The notes under the pieces are model-generated. The model worked only from the letters and a program-made list of their open reading frames with translations. It made no database searches and was not told the DNA's origin. 64,000 nt of DNA, taken from the NCBI GenBank assembly GCA_021781705.1, contig JAJXWI010000008.1:179-64178 (forward strand). The letters are read 5' to 3'. Below, piece by piece: positions 49,797 to 59,913 of the stretch. The stretch's first letter is position 1, and every line of letters begins with the position of its first letter. Made by a program: the position numbers and the translations under genes. Source of the stretch: a bacterium. Its GTDB lineage: Bacteria > Verrucomicrobiota > Lentisphaeria > Victivallales > GWF2-38-69.

Positions 49797-51278
49797 ATGC
49801 AAGAATTTGAACTTAGCCAAAGACAGACATTAAGACAGGAGCAAACTTTAACTGCTTCGCAAATACATTCACTGGATTTGCTTATGGCTCCAGTTCTTGA
49901 ATTGCAGGCAAAAATTAATCACGAACTTGAAATAAATCCTATCCTTGAAGTAGGGCAGGAAGGAGCGATTGACTCAAAAGAGCTATTTACTGATGCGGAA
50001 GAAGAGTCGAATGAGATTAAAGAGCCAATAGAGGAAAAAGTTCTTGCAGAAACAGGTAAAATAGAGGCGGAATACCTGAATGAAGAGGATAATGAGGCTG
50101 TTTTTAAAAAAAGTGACATGTTTGTTAGTTCCCGAAATAGTAACGGCACAACGGGATTTGGTGATGAAGAAAAAAGAGAACACTTCTTCAACTCAATTAT
50201 GGATAAACAATCCATGGAGGATGATTTAAAATTTCAGCTGAATTTTTTAAATATAAATGATGAACAGAAAAAACGATGTGAACTTATTGTAGGATGTCTT
50301 GACGAACAAGGTTTCTTCAGATCTTCTCTTGCAGACCTTGCGGTTATAGCCGGAGCTGATATTGAAGATATGGAGGAGGCTCTTGTTATTGTAAAATCCC
50401 TTGAACCTCCAGGTGTTGGCGCCAAAAATATCAAGGAATGCCTTTTACTCCAACTCGAAAGAACGAATGGCGATGATGTTGTTCTTACCGGTATAGTGAA
50501 TCACCACCTGGAGGATATTGCGGCAAATCGTCTCCCGCAAATAGCAAAAGCTCTTAGTCTTAATATGGAGGAAGTTAAGAATGCTATAGGCGAAATAAAA
50601 AAGCTTAGTCCTTATCCTTTCGCGGGGATACAGGATGAAGATGAATCTGTCTTTATTGTAGCTGAAGTAAAAATAGTAAAGGATCATGGTTGTTATATAG
50701 CAGTAATTGACAGGGAATATCAACCACGATTAAGATTGTCCGAAAAATACATAAATATGCTGCAGAGCCCGCAGTTAGCAAAAGAAACCAGAGATTATAT
50801 AAAAGAAAAAATTTTATCTGCAAACAATATAATCAGGAGCATGGAACAGAGGCAAAGCACTATAAAAAAAATAGCTGATATAATAGTCGATACTCAGTAC
50901 GATTTTATGGAAAAAGGCAGTTTGTATCTAAAGCCCTTGACAATGAAACACGTCGCGGACAAGATAGGCGTACATGAAACGACTGTCAGTAGAGCTGTGT
51001 CGAATAAATATGCTGAGACTCCGCAGGGAGTGTTTCCTTTAAAATATTTTTTTTCTGTCGGATTTCAGCTAGCAGATGGAGAACTGGTGGCCAGTAAAGG
51101 GGTAATGGAAAGAATAAGAAACATAATAGACTCAGAAGATTCTGCATCTCCCTATTCAGATGACGATATCGCCAAAATGCTTAATGAATCAGGCATTCCC
51201 GTTGCCAGGCGAACTGTTGCAAAATACAGAGAAGAATTGAATATCCCATCTTCAAGATTAAGAAAGGAATATATTTAA
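49797..51278 (+). CDS. rpoN: RNA polymerase sigma-54 factor
   Basis: 493 aa. Gln/Leu-rich region I, an acidic linker, a C-terminal HTH and the RpoN box ARRTVAKYR. Confidence 0.95.
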   Translation: MQEFELSQRQTLRQEQTLTASQIHSLDLLMAPVLELQAKINHELEINPILEVGQEGAIDSKELFTDAEEESNEIKEPIEEKVLAETGKIEAEYLNEEDNEAVFKKSDMFVSSRNSNGTTGFGDEEKREHFFNSIMDKQSMEDDLKFQLNFLNINDEQKKRCELIVGCLDEQGFFRSSLADLAVIAGADIEDMEEALVIVKSLEPPGVGAKNIKECLLLQLERTNGDDVVLTGIVNHHLEDIAANRLPQIAKALSLNMEEVKNAIGEIKKLSPYPFAGIQDEDESVFIVAEVKIVKDHGCYIAVIDREYQPRLRLSEKYINMLQSPQLAKETRDYIKEKILSANNIIRSMEQRQSTIKKIADIIVDTQYDFMEKGSLYLKPLTMKHVADKIGVHETTVSRAVSNKYAETPQGVFPLKYFFSVGFQLADGELVASKGVMERIRNIIDSEDSASPYSDDDIAKMLNESGIPVARRTVAKYREELNIPSSRLRKEYI

Positions 51279-51285
51279 AAAGCTT

Positions 51286-53397
51286 ATGTTGAACTCCTGC
51301 ATATTTCCCGGAAAAAGTGCTTTCTATAAAGCAAATATTTTGTTGTTGTTCTGTTTAATAGTCCTATCGGCGTACATGTTTCGAACTTATAATTTTACAA
51401 AAGAAGCGGCAAAGTTTCCTTCATTCGTCCCGTTTACCTTAGAAAGCGCAATGATGTATTCCTATTCGTGGGATGTGGCTAAGGGAACATTTCATGAACA
51501 CGATGAGACGCTTTCCGGTTTTAGCGGGGTTTCTGTTACTGAACAAATGTCTATGAGTTTAGAGTATTTTTTAGGATATGGGTATAAGATCAAAAATTAC
51601 TTGTTTGGCCATGGGGGTGACGGCCTGACTATTAACAATTTCGACTATGGAATAAATGAAAATTTTCCTGCTTGGGTAAGGTTTCAATTAAGGTTTTGGA
51701 TAAGCTTGACTGCCGGTCTTATTTTTATCTGGCTGCTTCTGCTCGATTGTCCCATTATCTATGCCAGCCTGGGAGGATTGTTGTTTGCCGTAACACCTGT
51801 AGCTATCGCCAGAGCTACCGGACAGGATATCATAAAGGAAAATTTTGCTATCCCTCTTATAATGTGTTGTTTTGTAGCGTATTTATGGTATCTAAAATGG
51901 CCAAAAAACTACAAACTCATATTACTTGTATGTGCTACAATATTGTCTCTTATAGCATGGGATATGACCCAGCTTTGCCTAGCTTTTTGGGTAGTTTATG
52001 AAATAATAGTGACTGTTTGTTTGGATAAGCAGGAAGAATGTTATCTTCCTGCCTGGATAACTATTTATGTTTCTACTGTTATCGCCGGAATTATTGATCC
52101 GTATTTAGCGGCGCATAATTTTTTACAATCTCCGGTAGTATCCGTCTTATTGCCCGTTCTTTTATTTGTAATTTTGTTTAGGCACAAACCTAGGATAGCA
52201 CGAATATTGGTAGCGGTTATATCCCTAATATTGTTTGTTTTTATATGGGCTGTTATTGTGAAAAATTTTGGATATGGAAATAATTATTCGCATTTCTGGA
52301 ACTTACTTTTGGCAAAAGTTAAATTTGGGAATGTAAAGCCGTTAGACCCCCTTTTACTGGATTTTGATTCAAGAATGCTTTGGACTCCCGCATTGCATTC
52401 TGCCACTATGAAAATTTTTCGTTCTCTATTTGGGCTTACATTTATATGTTTTGCTATTGTGGTTTTTCTGGGCTTTTCAGTAAGTGCTTTTAGAAAAAAA
52501 ATAGCTGCCCGATTGCAATGGATTGGCTTGCCTTTGTTTTTGACAAGCATGTTTTTTATTCTCTTTATTTTTATGGTCAGATTTCATGCCCTTGTAATCC
52601 CTTTTATGTGCGTTGCCATGGCAGTTTTCCTGAACAGAATTTCAGAGAAGATTACAAGACGGACGCTTCGAATATTGCTGGTAATATTATTTGCAGGCCT
52701 GGTTATGAATGAAGCATGCCGCGATCTTTGTTTTGAAAGGGAATATTACAGCGGCGAAAACGAGCAGCTGACTTTGATAAAAGAATTGAACAGCTCAGGT
52801 GTTAAGGGAGAAACTTTTCTGGCCGATTTTACTTTATCTCCAATGCTGAAAGCATATTGCGGCGCTAAAATTGTTTTAATTCCTAAATTCGAGATGAAAG
52901 AGGCTCGTGACAGGGTTGAAAAGTATGTCAATATTCTATATCACGGAACAGAGTTGGAATTTATGGAATTCTGCAAATCATACGGAGTCAAATATTTCAT
53001 TTTCGACAAAGGAATGATAGGCGGCCGCGACACTGAAGACTTTTTGCATCCATGGAGCATCAGATATATGGCCGCCGCTAACGTGTTAGAAAAAAACTCC
53101 CCTGTTTATAATTTTTTTTATTCTCCTGAGGTAATGGATTATTTTTATGAATTGGATGGGCAGGGTGTTTCAAGATATGTAATTTTTAAAATAATAACAC
53201 CTTCTGATATTTCTCAAAGTGAGAAACTATACCAACAGGCTCTCCTGGATTATAGGGCGGGAGATAAGACAAAAGCCAGGGATTTTACTGAGCAAGCCCT
53301 GCAATTAAACCCCAAAAATCCAAAAATCAGGTTCTTATCCTATACTATTAATGATGAGAAATGGCCTAAAATAACTTTCCCCGTACGCCGAAATTAA
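51286..53397 (+). CDS. Large polytopic membrane protein with C-terminal TPR segment (possible GT-C-type glycosyltransferase)
   Basis: 703 aa: about 12 or more TM segments, then a soluble domain ending in a TPR-like stretch (YQQALLDYRAGDKTKARDFTEQALQLNPKNP). It starts 8 nt after the rpoN stop. Confidence 0.5.
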   Translation: MLNSCIFPGKSAFYKANILLLFCLIVLSAYMFRTYNFTKEAAKFPSFVPFTLESAMMYSYSWDVAKGTFHEHDETLSGFSGVSVTEQMSMSLEYFLGYGYKIKNYLFGHGGDGLTINNFDYGINENFPAWVRFQLRFWISLTAGLIFIWLLLLDCPIIYASLGGLLFAVTPVAIARATGQDIIKENFAIPLIMCCFVAYLWYLKWPKNYKLILLVCATILSLIAWDMTQLCLAFWVVYEIIVTVCLDKQEECYLPAWITIYVSTVIAGIIDPYLAAHNFLQSPVVSVLLPVLLFVILFRHKPRIARILVAVISLILFVFIWAVIVKNFGYGNNYSHFWNLLLAKVKFGNVKPLDPLLLDFDSRMLWTPALHSATMKIFRSLFGLTFICFAIVVFLGFSVSAFRKKIAARLQWIGLPLFLTSMFFILFIFMVRFHALVIPFMCVAMAVFLNRISEKITRRTLRILLVILFAGLVMNEACRDLCFEREYYSGENEQLTLIKELNSSGVKGETFLADFTLSPMLKAYCGAKIVLIPKFEMKEARDRVEKYVNILYHGTELEFMEFCKSYGVKYFIFDKGMIGGRDTEDFLHPWSIRYMAAANVLEKNSPVYNFFYSPEVMDYFYELDGQGVSRYVIFKIITPSDISQSEKLYQQALLDYRAGDKTKARDFTEQALQLNPKNPKIRFLSYTINDEKWPKITFPVRRN

Positions 53398-53535
53398 AGG
53401 CGTTGAATATCGATTATTGTATATTTACAATTACTGAATTGACCATGGAATAGTTGGGACTGGCCGTTACTCGAGATGTGGCTCCATCAACCCATAACCA
53501 TTGAGGCAGATATTCATTAAACTATGTCATTCGAT

Positions 53536-53690
53536 ATGTTCTTCTCGATACCTCCCTCGTAAATTCCGCGACGGGATTTATTCGTGACACTCGAAGAACA
53601 ATCGCACTCCCAAGATAGCCTCCCCGAGTGATTCAAATCGTATCGAGGAAGCAAAATGGACGTAGTTTACTGCATATTTACGGAATAAGT
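53536..53690. other. Structured GC-rich non-coding element related to the one at 171-355
   Basis: CTTCTCGATAC (53541-53551) pairs with GTATCGAGGAAG (53640-53651): 11 bp with 1 bulge. There is an inner hairpin AAATTCC-GCGAC-GGGATTT (53561-53579) and a competing GTTCTTC/GAAGAAC pairing. The 3' tail AATGGACGTAGTTTACTGCATATTTACGGAAT (53655-53686) matches 329-358 at 26 of 32 aligned columns. Confidence 0.35.
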
Positions 53691-53716
53691 ACCAAGAACC
53701 GAAAATAATATTACGA

Positions 53717-55327
53717 TCAGATTATTTTCTTTTTGTACCCTTCTATGAAATCGGATAGGAGTTTTGTGCGCCTAGATGTTTTTACCATTGCTATGTAAAA
53801 CAGGACAATCCCTGCCGCAAAAATGCACAAATGTGCTACAGAATGATATTTAAAGAATCCTATACCACCAAGTTCTGAGGGTGCAAGAAAATCCATAAGA
53901 GTTATGAATGGCATATAAAGGACGATCCATAGCGCAGATTTTAATTCTTCTCCAAATCCCTTAAACTTGTTTACTTTGTATTCATAATAAAGATAAATCA
54001 GAAATCCTATAATAATTGCTATAGTCATATACGAGGTCATTTTTAATCCACAGTCCAAAAGCAGAAAAGATATTGAGACAAAAGCTAAAAATGAAAACAG
54101 AGAAATAAAAGGAATACGTATTTTCCGTTGTAAATCCTTGGCGTGTTTGCGTAGCCCCATAGCCGATGCCGGACCGCCAAGAAAGTTTATCATAAAACAT
54201 AAGGTAAGGAGAGAAATTACACTTTGCCAACTTGGAACAAGCCATAGAAACCCGATGGATATTATTAAAACTACTACCAGAGCGTTTAGAGGTATGGAAG
54301 TATGTTTTGTGAGCTTTCCTAAAAAGTTTGGAACATGTTTTGTAGAGTGAAGTCCGTACAAAGTTCTTGGAGCAAGTCCCATTAAAACAACGCCCGCAGA
54401 AGTCGGCGCTACCGCAGCATCCGCGTATAGAAGAATTGAGAGAAAATGCAGTCCTAGCATTGTTGCAAGCGTGGCATAAGGTGATTGCAACGAGATATTT
54501 GCCCAATCCCCACCTATTTTTTCTAAAGGATAGCTGGCAATAAACGAAAATTGCAGACAGGTATAAATTAACATTGATATTACCATCGAAAGGATAATTG
54601 CAAGAGGGATGTTCCTTTCAGGGCGTTTTGCCTCTCCCGCAAAGGTTACAGGAGCCTGAAATCCTATAAAAGCCGGAATTATTCCGCCTACGGCTATTGC
54701 TGTCCAGACACTGGACCACCCATATGGCGCGATTGTTCCGTGAAAGGCTGTAAAGTTTCCAAGCTTTATGTTGGGAAATAAAAAGGCTAGCGGCAAGAAA
54801 ATAGCGGAAACAATTACGATAAACTTAAACAGCCCAAGTCCTTTTATTGAATTCATAAGGAATTTCACAGAAAATGCATTTATAAGGAATAGAAAGACAA
54901 CAAGGAATGACGCAAAAATTAATCCCTCTGTTGAAAGTTTGTTGAGCTCTGTATTATAAAGAGTATTAGCCCATGAAAAGGGCCATGAACTTGCGTATTG
55001 AGTAACAGCTATAGCTTCGGCAATTACAGCAAGAGCAAGAGCCAAAAAACCTGCCCAGTCAGCTATAAATGCCGCCAGATTTCCGTGAGAATATTGAGTG
55101 TAGCGTCCAACCCCCCCCATTGTGGGAAAGCATGGAGCAACTTCGGCGATTGTCATAGCTACGAAACTCATTACTATTGCACCGATAGGCCACGCAAATA
55201 TGGCAGCAGGTCCCGCGATTTTTACAGCTAGGCCTACCCCGAAAAGCCAAGACGATCCTACCTGCATTAAAACAGCCGATAAAATAAGTGCGGTTAACCC
55301 TATGGTTCTCTTTGTGTTTACTACCAT
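53717..55327 (-). CDS. APC-superfamily amino-acid permease-like transporter
   Basis: 536 aa, about 12-14 TM segments. Family-level call is from overall pattern only. Confidence 0.6.
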   Translation of the reverse strand: MVVNTKRTIGLTALILSAVLMQVGSSWLFGVGLAVKIAGPAAIFAWPIGAIVMSFVAMTIAEVAPCFPTMGGVGRYTQYSHGNLAAFIADWAGFLALALAVIAEAIAVTQYASSWPFSWANTLYNTELNKLSTEGLIFASFLVVFLFLINAFSVKFLMNSIKGLGLFKFIVIVSAIFLPLAFLFPNIKLGNFTAFHGTIAPYGWSSVWTAIAVGGIIPAFIGFQAPVTFAGEAKRPERNIPLAIILSMVISMLIYTCLQFSFIASYPLEKIGGDWANISLQSPYATLATMLGLHFLSILLYADAAVAPTSAGVVLMGLAPRTLYGLHSTKHVPNFLGKLTKHTSIPLNALVVVLIISIGFLWLVPSWQSVISLLTLCFMINFLGGPASAMGLRKHAKDLQRKIRIPFISLFSFLAFVSISFLLLDCGLKMTSYMTIAIIIGFLIYLYYEYKVNKFKGFGEELKSALWIVLYMPFITLMDFLAPSELGGIGFFKYHSVAHLCIFAAGIVLFYIAMVKTSRRTKLLSDFIEGYKKKII

Positions 55328-55624
55328 AACTGCAAGTCCTTAATTTAACAAAAATGAATCTATACCTAAACTAAAATATCATGTTGACTATGAATCATTG
55401 CGTGAACATTGCGGCATGCGTCGGCGCTTGCACCCATTTCCCCTGTTCAAACCCTCGATCCCTCGCATTGGCTTCTTGCCATTATCATATTCTTTACACT
55501 TTTTTGCGGTTTTTAATTTGTGTTTTTACTTTTTTAAACTATTTCTTTGTGAAGGTTATTCTCTTTATTAAAAAATAATCCTTTTTTTGTATAGTTATTT
55601 CTCATATTGCCCAAGGAAATTGAT

Positions 55625-57442
55625 ATGTTGTACCATCAATCGTTAAAAAAAATCAGAAAAGACAAAAAGATAACAAGCATAGAACTTGCTAAGTATTTAA
55701 ATAAAACAAGAGAGACTGTTTCTGCCTGGGAAAGGGGCATATATCAACCAGGCGATGCTGACATAAGAATAATGGCGCAACTCTTAAACGTCTCTGTTGG
55801 TGATATTTCAGATCTTCAGGAAATAAAAGTCAAGAACAACAATACAGATAAGCGAGATGTCGTAGATTTAGACATTGATGGTATAGAACCAGAAACTGCA
55901 GAAAAACTAAAAATACTCAATGAAACTTGCTTAGAACTCAGAGCTACCGTTACAAGACTGAGATCAAATCTTTTTAAATATGATGCTTTGCTTCAAAATC
56001 TTCCGTTCGTAATATACGTCAAGGATAAAAGACTGAAATATACTTATGCTAATGAAAGATTCCTCAATTTGATCGAACAAAGCTATAGTAAAAATAGCAT
56101 ATCAGGAGCATCTTCTTTCGACATTTTTGGAATGAAAGAGTACTCTCAAATATTGGAACTAGAGCAAAAAGTAATAAAAACAAAACAGAAAATATCCAAT
56201 CAGCAGATTTTCATCCCGAGAACCTTTAAGAAAAAAATTGGACTATTAACAATAATTCCCATTTTAAATGACAATAAAGAAGTTGAAGAGCTTGTCGGGT
56301 CTATTGAAGACATTACCGATACTTATGAAGAAGAAAAAAGAAGAAAAGATCTGGAGTCTATTACAAGCAAAATTAACCATGCAACGTGGATAGGAGAAAC
56401 TGTCAACGGCAATAAAGATTCTTTCAAATACACCTTTATGAGCGATAATATGTTTGATATACATGGAATTGAAAAACAAGAAGCACTTAAAGGAATTAAG
56501 TTGTGGTTAAATGTCGTTCATGAAGATGACATGAGTCTTCTTAAAGAATGGCTTGAAATAGAGGATTATCCCAAGAAAATTCACTATAAAATAAACACTC
56601 CGAAAAAAGGGATAAGATGGATATCTAACGAAACATTTAAAGAAGGAAGAGATAAGTTTTTCGGAATCATTACTGATATAACTGAAGAAAAGGAACGGGA
56701 ACAGGAAAAAGAGGCAATATTGCAAACGCTTAATGCTGCTACCGATGCCATAAAAATCGCTAAAATTAAGGGAGAAAAGAAAGAATATATTTACGTCAAC
56801 AACGCCAATAAAAGTCTCTACGAGTTACCTTTGTCAAAAATTAAAAATAATCCCGAGCTTTGGAAAGAATACCTGCATCCTGATGATAAAGAAAAACTGA
56901 CTTTAATAGACAAAGAAAAACAAAAAGGACATCTGCACCTTAATTATAGATTGCTTCTACCTGATGGGAGAATCAAATATATTGAAGAAAATATTTTCAG
57001 AGAAATTTTCGATGGTGTTTTGTATTCAGGAACAATTAAGAGGGATGCTACAGACATACACAAAGAAAATTTAACAATGCAAGCAATATTAAAAGCTCTT
57101 GATGTTTCTAAAGACGCAATATGGGTCACCACGTCAGGTCTAAATGTATATATGAATCCGGCAAGAGCTGATTTATATGAAAAGAGTTTAAAAGAAATTA
57201 TGAAAGATCCTGATTTTTGGAAACCGTATTTACATCCAGATGATTGTGATAGAATCTTGAAAGAAGCAAATTCTACTAATTTTAACGGGAAAATAATTTC
57301 CCAAAAGTTCAGACTCGTAATGCCAGACGGCAGAATAAAATATATTATAGAATCAAAATTTGCCAGAGTAGTAGATGGGATAAAATATGCTGGCGGAATT
57401 CAAGCGGAAGTGGAAAAAAAGGTTTACAGTCATTATAAGTAG
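55625..57442 (+). CDS. XRE-family HTH protein with multiple PAS-like repeats
   Basis: N-terminal HTH ITSIELAKYLNKTRETVSAWERG. It is followed by about 4 repeated ~110-aa modules ending in ...DGRIKYI.E... (PAS-like). The start is set at ATG 55625, preceded by AAGGA (55613-55617); the ORF track starts at TTG 55607. Confidence 0.75.
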   Translation: MLYHQSLKKIRKDKKITSIELAKYLNKTRETVSAWERGIYQPGDADIRIMAQLLNVSVGDISDLQEIKVKNNNTDKRDVVDLDIDGIEPETAEKLKILNETCLELRATVTRLRSNLFKYDALLQNLPFVIYVKDKRLKYTYANERFLNLIEQSYSKNSISGASSFDIFGMKEYSQILELEQKVIKTKQKISNQQIFIPRTFKKKIGLLTIIPILNDNKEVEELVGSIEDITDTYEEEKRRKDLESITSKINHATWIGETVNGNKDSFKYTFMSDNMFDIHGIEKQEALKGIKLWLNVVHEDDMSLLKEWLEIEDYPKKIHYKINTPKKGIRWISNETFKEGRDKFFGIITDITEEKEREQEKEAILQTLNAATDAIKIAKIKGEKKEYIYVNNANKSLYELPLSKIKNNPELWKEYLHPDDKEKLTLIDKEKQKGHLHLNYRLLLPDGRIKYIEENIFREIFDGVLYSGTIKRDATDIHKENLTMQAILKALDVSKDAIWVTTSGLNVYMNPARADLYEKSLKEIMKDPDFWKPYLHPDDCDRILKEANSTNFNGKIISQKFRLVMPDGRIKYIIESKFARVVDGIKYAGGIQAEVEKKVYSHYK

Positions 57443-57541
57443 ATTCACAGAATAGCTAAGTATCAGTTTCCGGATCTTTAAGTAAGAGGGTTTCCAGATC
57501 CTTGTAATCTCTGCAAGACACATATTTCAGTGAATTCCTCT

Positions 57542-59131
57542 TTATTTTTTCAAAGCATCCACTGACTGTAAAAATTCACGAACAACTTTTAGATTTTCAT
57601 CGCGTGCGTCCCATGCTGTTACGTGACCAGAGCCGGGAAACATTATATATTTTGAACCAGGAACTTTATCTGCCAACTTTTTAACAATTGAAGGAGCTAT
57701 TGCATCAAATTCTCCCACGGTAAACAGTGTTGGAACTTTAATTTGCGGGAGGAATGACAGAGGATCATAGTCCTTAAGAGTACCGGTTACAGTAAATTCA
57801 CTTTGCCCCCACATATAGGCAGCCATATCTGCATTAAATGTCGCATATATGCTATCTAAGTCCTCCTTAACGGGGTGACGCCAAATATATAAACTGTAGA
57901 ATTTGTCCATCGCTTTTTTATACATCGGATCATTGTAATTATTAGTTAATTCAGCCGTTTTGACAGCCTCCTGAAGCGAATCAGGCAAGGTAGCGAGTAG
58001 TTTTCTAGTACTTTGCACCCACCCTTTCACATCGAAACACAAACTGCCAAAAATTAATGAAGATACTCGTTCCGGGTAAGCGCGATAATATTCAAGAGCA
58101 ATAATTGTTCCCCAGGAATGGCCCAACACATGCCATTTTTCAATGCCTAAATGGGCTCGGAGCAACTCGAGTTCTTTTACAAAACGATCAATAGTGAACA
58201 ACGTCTTGTCTGTTATTTTGTCAGATTTTCCACCGCCCAGCTGGTCATAACGCACAACTTGCCGATCATTACCAAGTTCATCGAATACTTTTAAGCCTAG
58301 ACTCGACATGCCGGGACCGCCGTGAAGCATTACAACTGGCAACCCCTTTCCTGTGCCAGATATCTTGTACCATATGTTACCTCCGGGAACTGCAAGTCTG
58401 GATTCCCCAACTGGCATAGGCGAATTTGCATTCTTTTTTTCCATTGCAGGTTTTACTACAAACTCTTGAAATTCCTTATCATAATATAAACGTTTTATAT
58501 CTTCCATCCTGTCTAGATACAGAACTCCATCCAAGTGATCTACTTCATGCTGAATTACTTTTGCATGAAAATCACTAACTTCACGAGTAATTGTTTTTCC
58601 TTCTAGGGTTTTATAGCTGTATTTAATACGCTTATACCTGGGAACTTCTCCAACCAGTCCTGGAAGAGAAAGGCACCCCTCCCACCCAGGCACTTTTTCT
58701 ACACCAAGTGGTTCTATCGCTGGATTTATAACCACAGTGAAAGGTACTGATTTCTGTGATTCATCAGCCTTTTGTTCCGGTATTTGAAACAGCAGAATCC
58801 GTAATGGAATATTTACCTGCGGAGCTGCCAGTCCCGCCACATTTTCCTTCCCCATTTTATCGATAGTCGCCATCATATCGGCAACAATCTGGCGAGTTTC
58901 CAATGATGTGGGATCAGCAACTTCTTTTGCTTTTTGCCTTAATACCGTGTGGCCCATGCGAACAATTTCTAACGGCTTGCCAATTATTCCGTCAGGTGTT
59001 GATGATTCTTTTGCAAGTAAATCTGCCATATTTAGTAAAACTCCAATTAATAGTATTATACTTTGAGTAAACAAGTTACGCAAATAAATATTCTTATTTT
59101 TCCATTTATCTTTATCATTATTGATATTCAT
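57542..59131 (-). CDS. def: Fusion: N-terminal hydrophobic anchor + peptide deformylase + proline iminopeptidase (S33 alpha/beta hydrolase)
   Basis: 529 aa. PDF motifs GLAAPQV, EGCLSLPG and HEVDHLDG. Then the S33 signatures HGGPG and nucleophile elbow GHSWG, with distal GEFD and GSGH. Confidence 0.85.
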   Translation of the reverse strand: MNINNDKDKWKNKNIYLRNLFTQSIILLIGVLLNMADLLAKESSTPDGIIGKPLEIVRMGHTVLRQKAKEVADPTSLETRQIVADMMATIDKMGKENVAGLAAPQVNIPLRILLFQIPEQKADESQKSVPFTVVINPAIEPLGVEKVPGWEGCLSLPGLVGEVPRYKRIKYSYKTLEGKTITREVSDFHAKVIQHEVDHLDGVLYLDRMEDIKRLYYDKEFQEFVVKPAMEKKNANSPMPVGESRLAVPGGNIWYKISGTGKGLPVVMLHGGPGMSSLGLKVFDELGNDRQVVRYDQLGGGKSDKITDKTLFTIDRFVKELELLRAHLGIEKWHVLGHSWGTIIALEYYRAYPERVSSLIFGSLCFDVKGWVQSTRKLLATLPDSLQEAVKTAELTNNYNDPMYKKAMDKFYSLYIWRHPVKEDLDSIYATFNADMAAYMWGQSEFTVTGTLKDYDPLSFLPQIKVPTLFTVGEFDAIAPSIVKKLADKVPGSKYIMFPGSGHVTAWDARDENLKVVREFLQSVDALKK

Positions 59132-59200
59132 TGTTTCCTTCTAAAGTTTCGGGTTTCAAATCATCTATTTTTTCCATACACCCTCCCCACGAACTACGAA

Positions 59201-59770
59201 CTACGAACCACTTCTCGCCTTTTTAGTAACTGACAAAATGAAGCTGCTTTTTTCTTCTGTGTATTTGACTCTGTCATTTGGATATTCATTAGCAAGCTTT
59301 GTCTTTAATTCAGCGTACTTTTTGGCTTCCGCAGGAAATTGCCTGAGACAATCTCTGAAACAAAGATCAATCCATCGTTCTGAATCTGCTTCAACCATAT
59401 GAATATGGTGCGTTCGCTTGCCTTCCGAGTTTCGCTTGATGAACCAGGCGTAGTATGGCGGGCCGTCATTACCGTGAACCGGGCGCCAAAAGTACTCATA
59501 CCCTTCAGATTCCAATATCGGCACGATTTGTTTTTTAGTTTCTTCTAGGCTGGTAACTTCCACCAGGATATCAATGATGGGTTTTGCAGAAAGGCCGGGA
59601 ACCGCCGTGCTACCAAAGTGTTCAATTCTTTTAACGAGATTCTGTGGCAATTTACTGCGTAAAAAAACGGCTTCATCTTCAAACACCTTTGGCCATGCAG
59701 GGTTATAGGGTACGATTACAATCTCTTCACGAACCAATTCTTCTATCCGTTTTTTTAGTTTCTTATCCAT
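59201..59770 (-). CDS. GrpB-family (nucleotidyltransferase-fold) protein
   Basis: Motif HFGSTAVPGLSAKPIIDILV and the C-terminal GrpB pattern. The start is taken at MDKKLKK (59770); the ORF-track start 59836 adds an unlikely 22-aa extension. Confidence 0.75.
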   Translation of the reverse strand: MDKKLKKRIEELVREEIVIVPYNPAWPKVFEDEAVFLRSKLPQNLVKRIEHFGSTAVPGLSAKPIIDILVEVTSLEETKKQIVPILESEGYEYFWRPVHGNDGPPYYAWFIKRNSEGKRTHHIHMVEADSERWIDLCFRDCLRQFPAEAKKYAELKTKLANEYPNDRVKYTEEKSSFILSVTKKARSGS

Positions 59771-59913
59771 ATTTTTATCCACGAATTGCACGAATAAACA
59801 TGAATTATAAAATAGTAAAACTGCGCTCAATTTCATTCTTCTTTCGTGTCAAATTTTAATCGCCTTTGGCGATCGTATCATTTGGCCCGTTAAATTATCT
59901 TTGCAGCCTTAAT

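Noticed and set aside
55380-55500. GC-rich patch in the 5' leader of the permease gene (minus strand), considered as a possible amino-acid riboswitch; it also carries a 65-aa ORF (55381-55578)
   Set aside because: I could not match the glycine, lysine, glutamine (glnA), ykkC or other riboswitch cores that I remember. The ORF is Cys/His-rich nonsense. An Rfam scan would be needed, so I make no claim.
59189-59209. 7-nt tandem repeat ACGAACT ACGAACT ACGAACC spanning the GrpB stop codon
   Set aside because: It has three short copies only and overlaps the gene end, so a chance or slippage product is more likely than a functional element.
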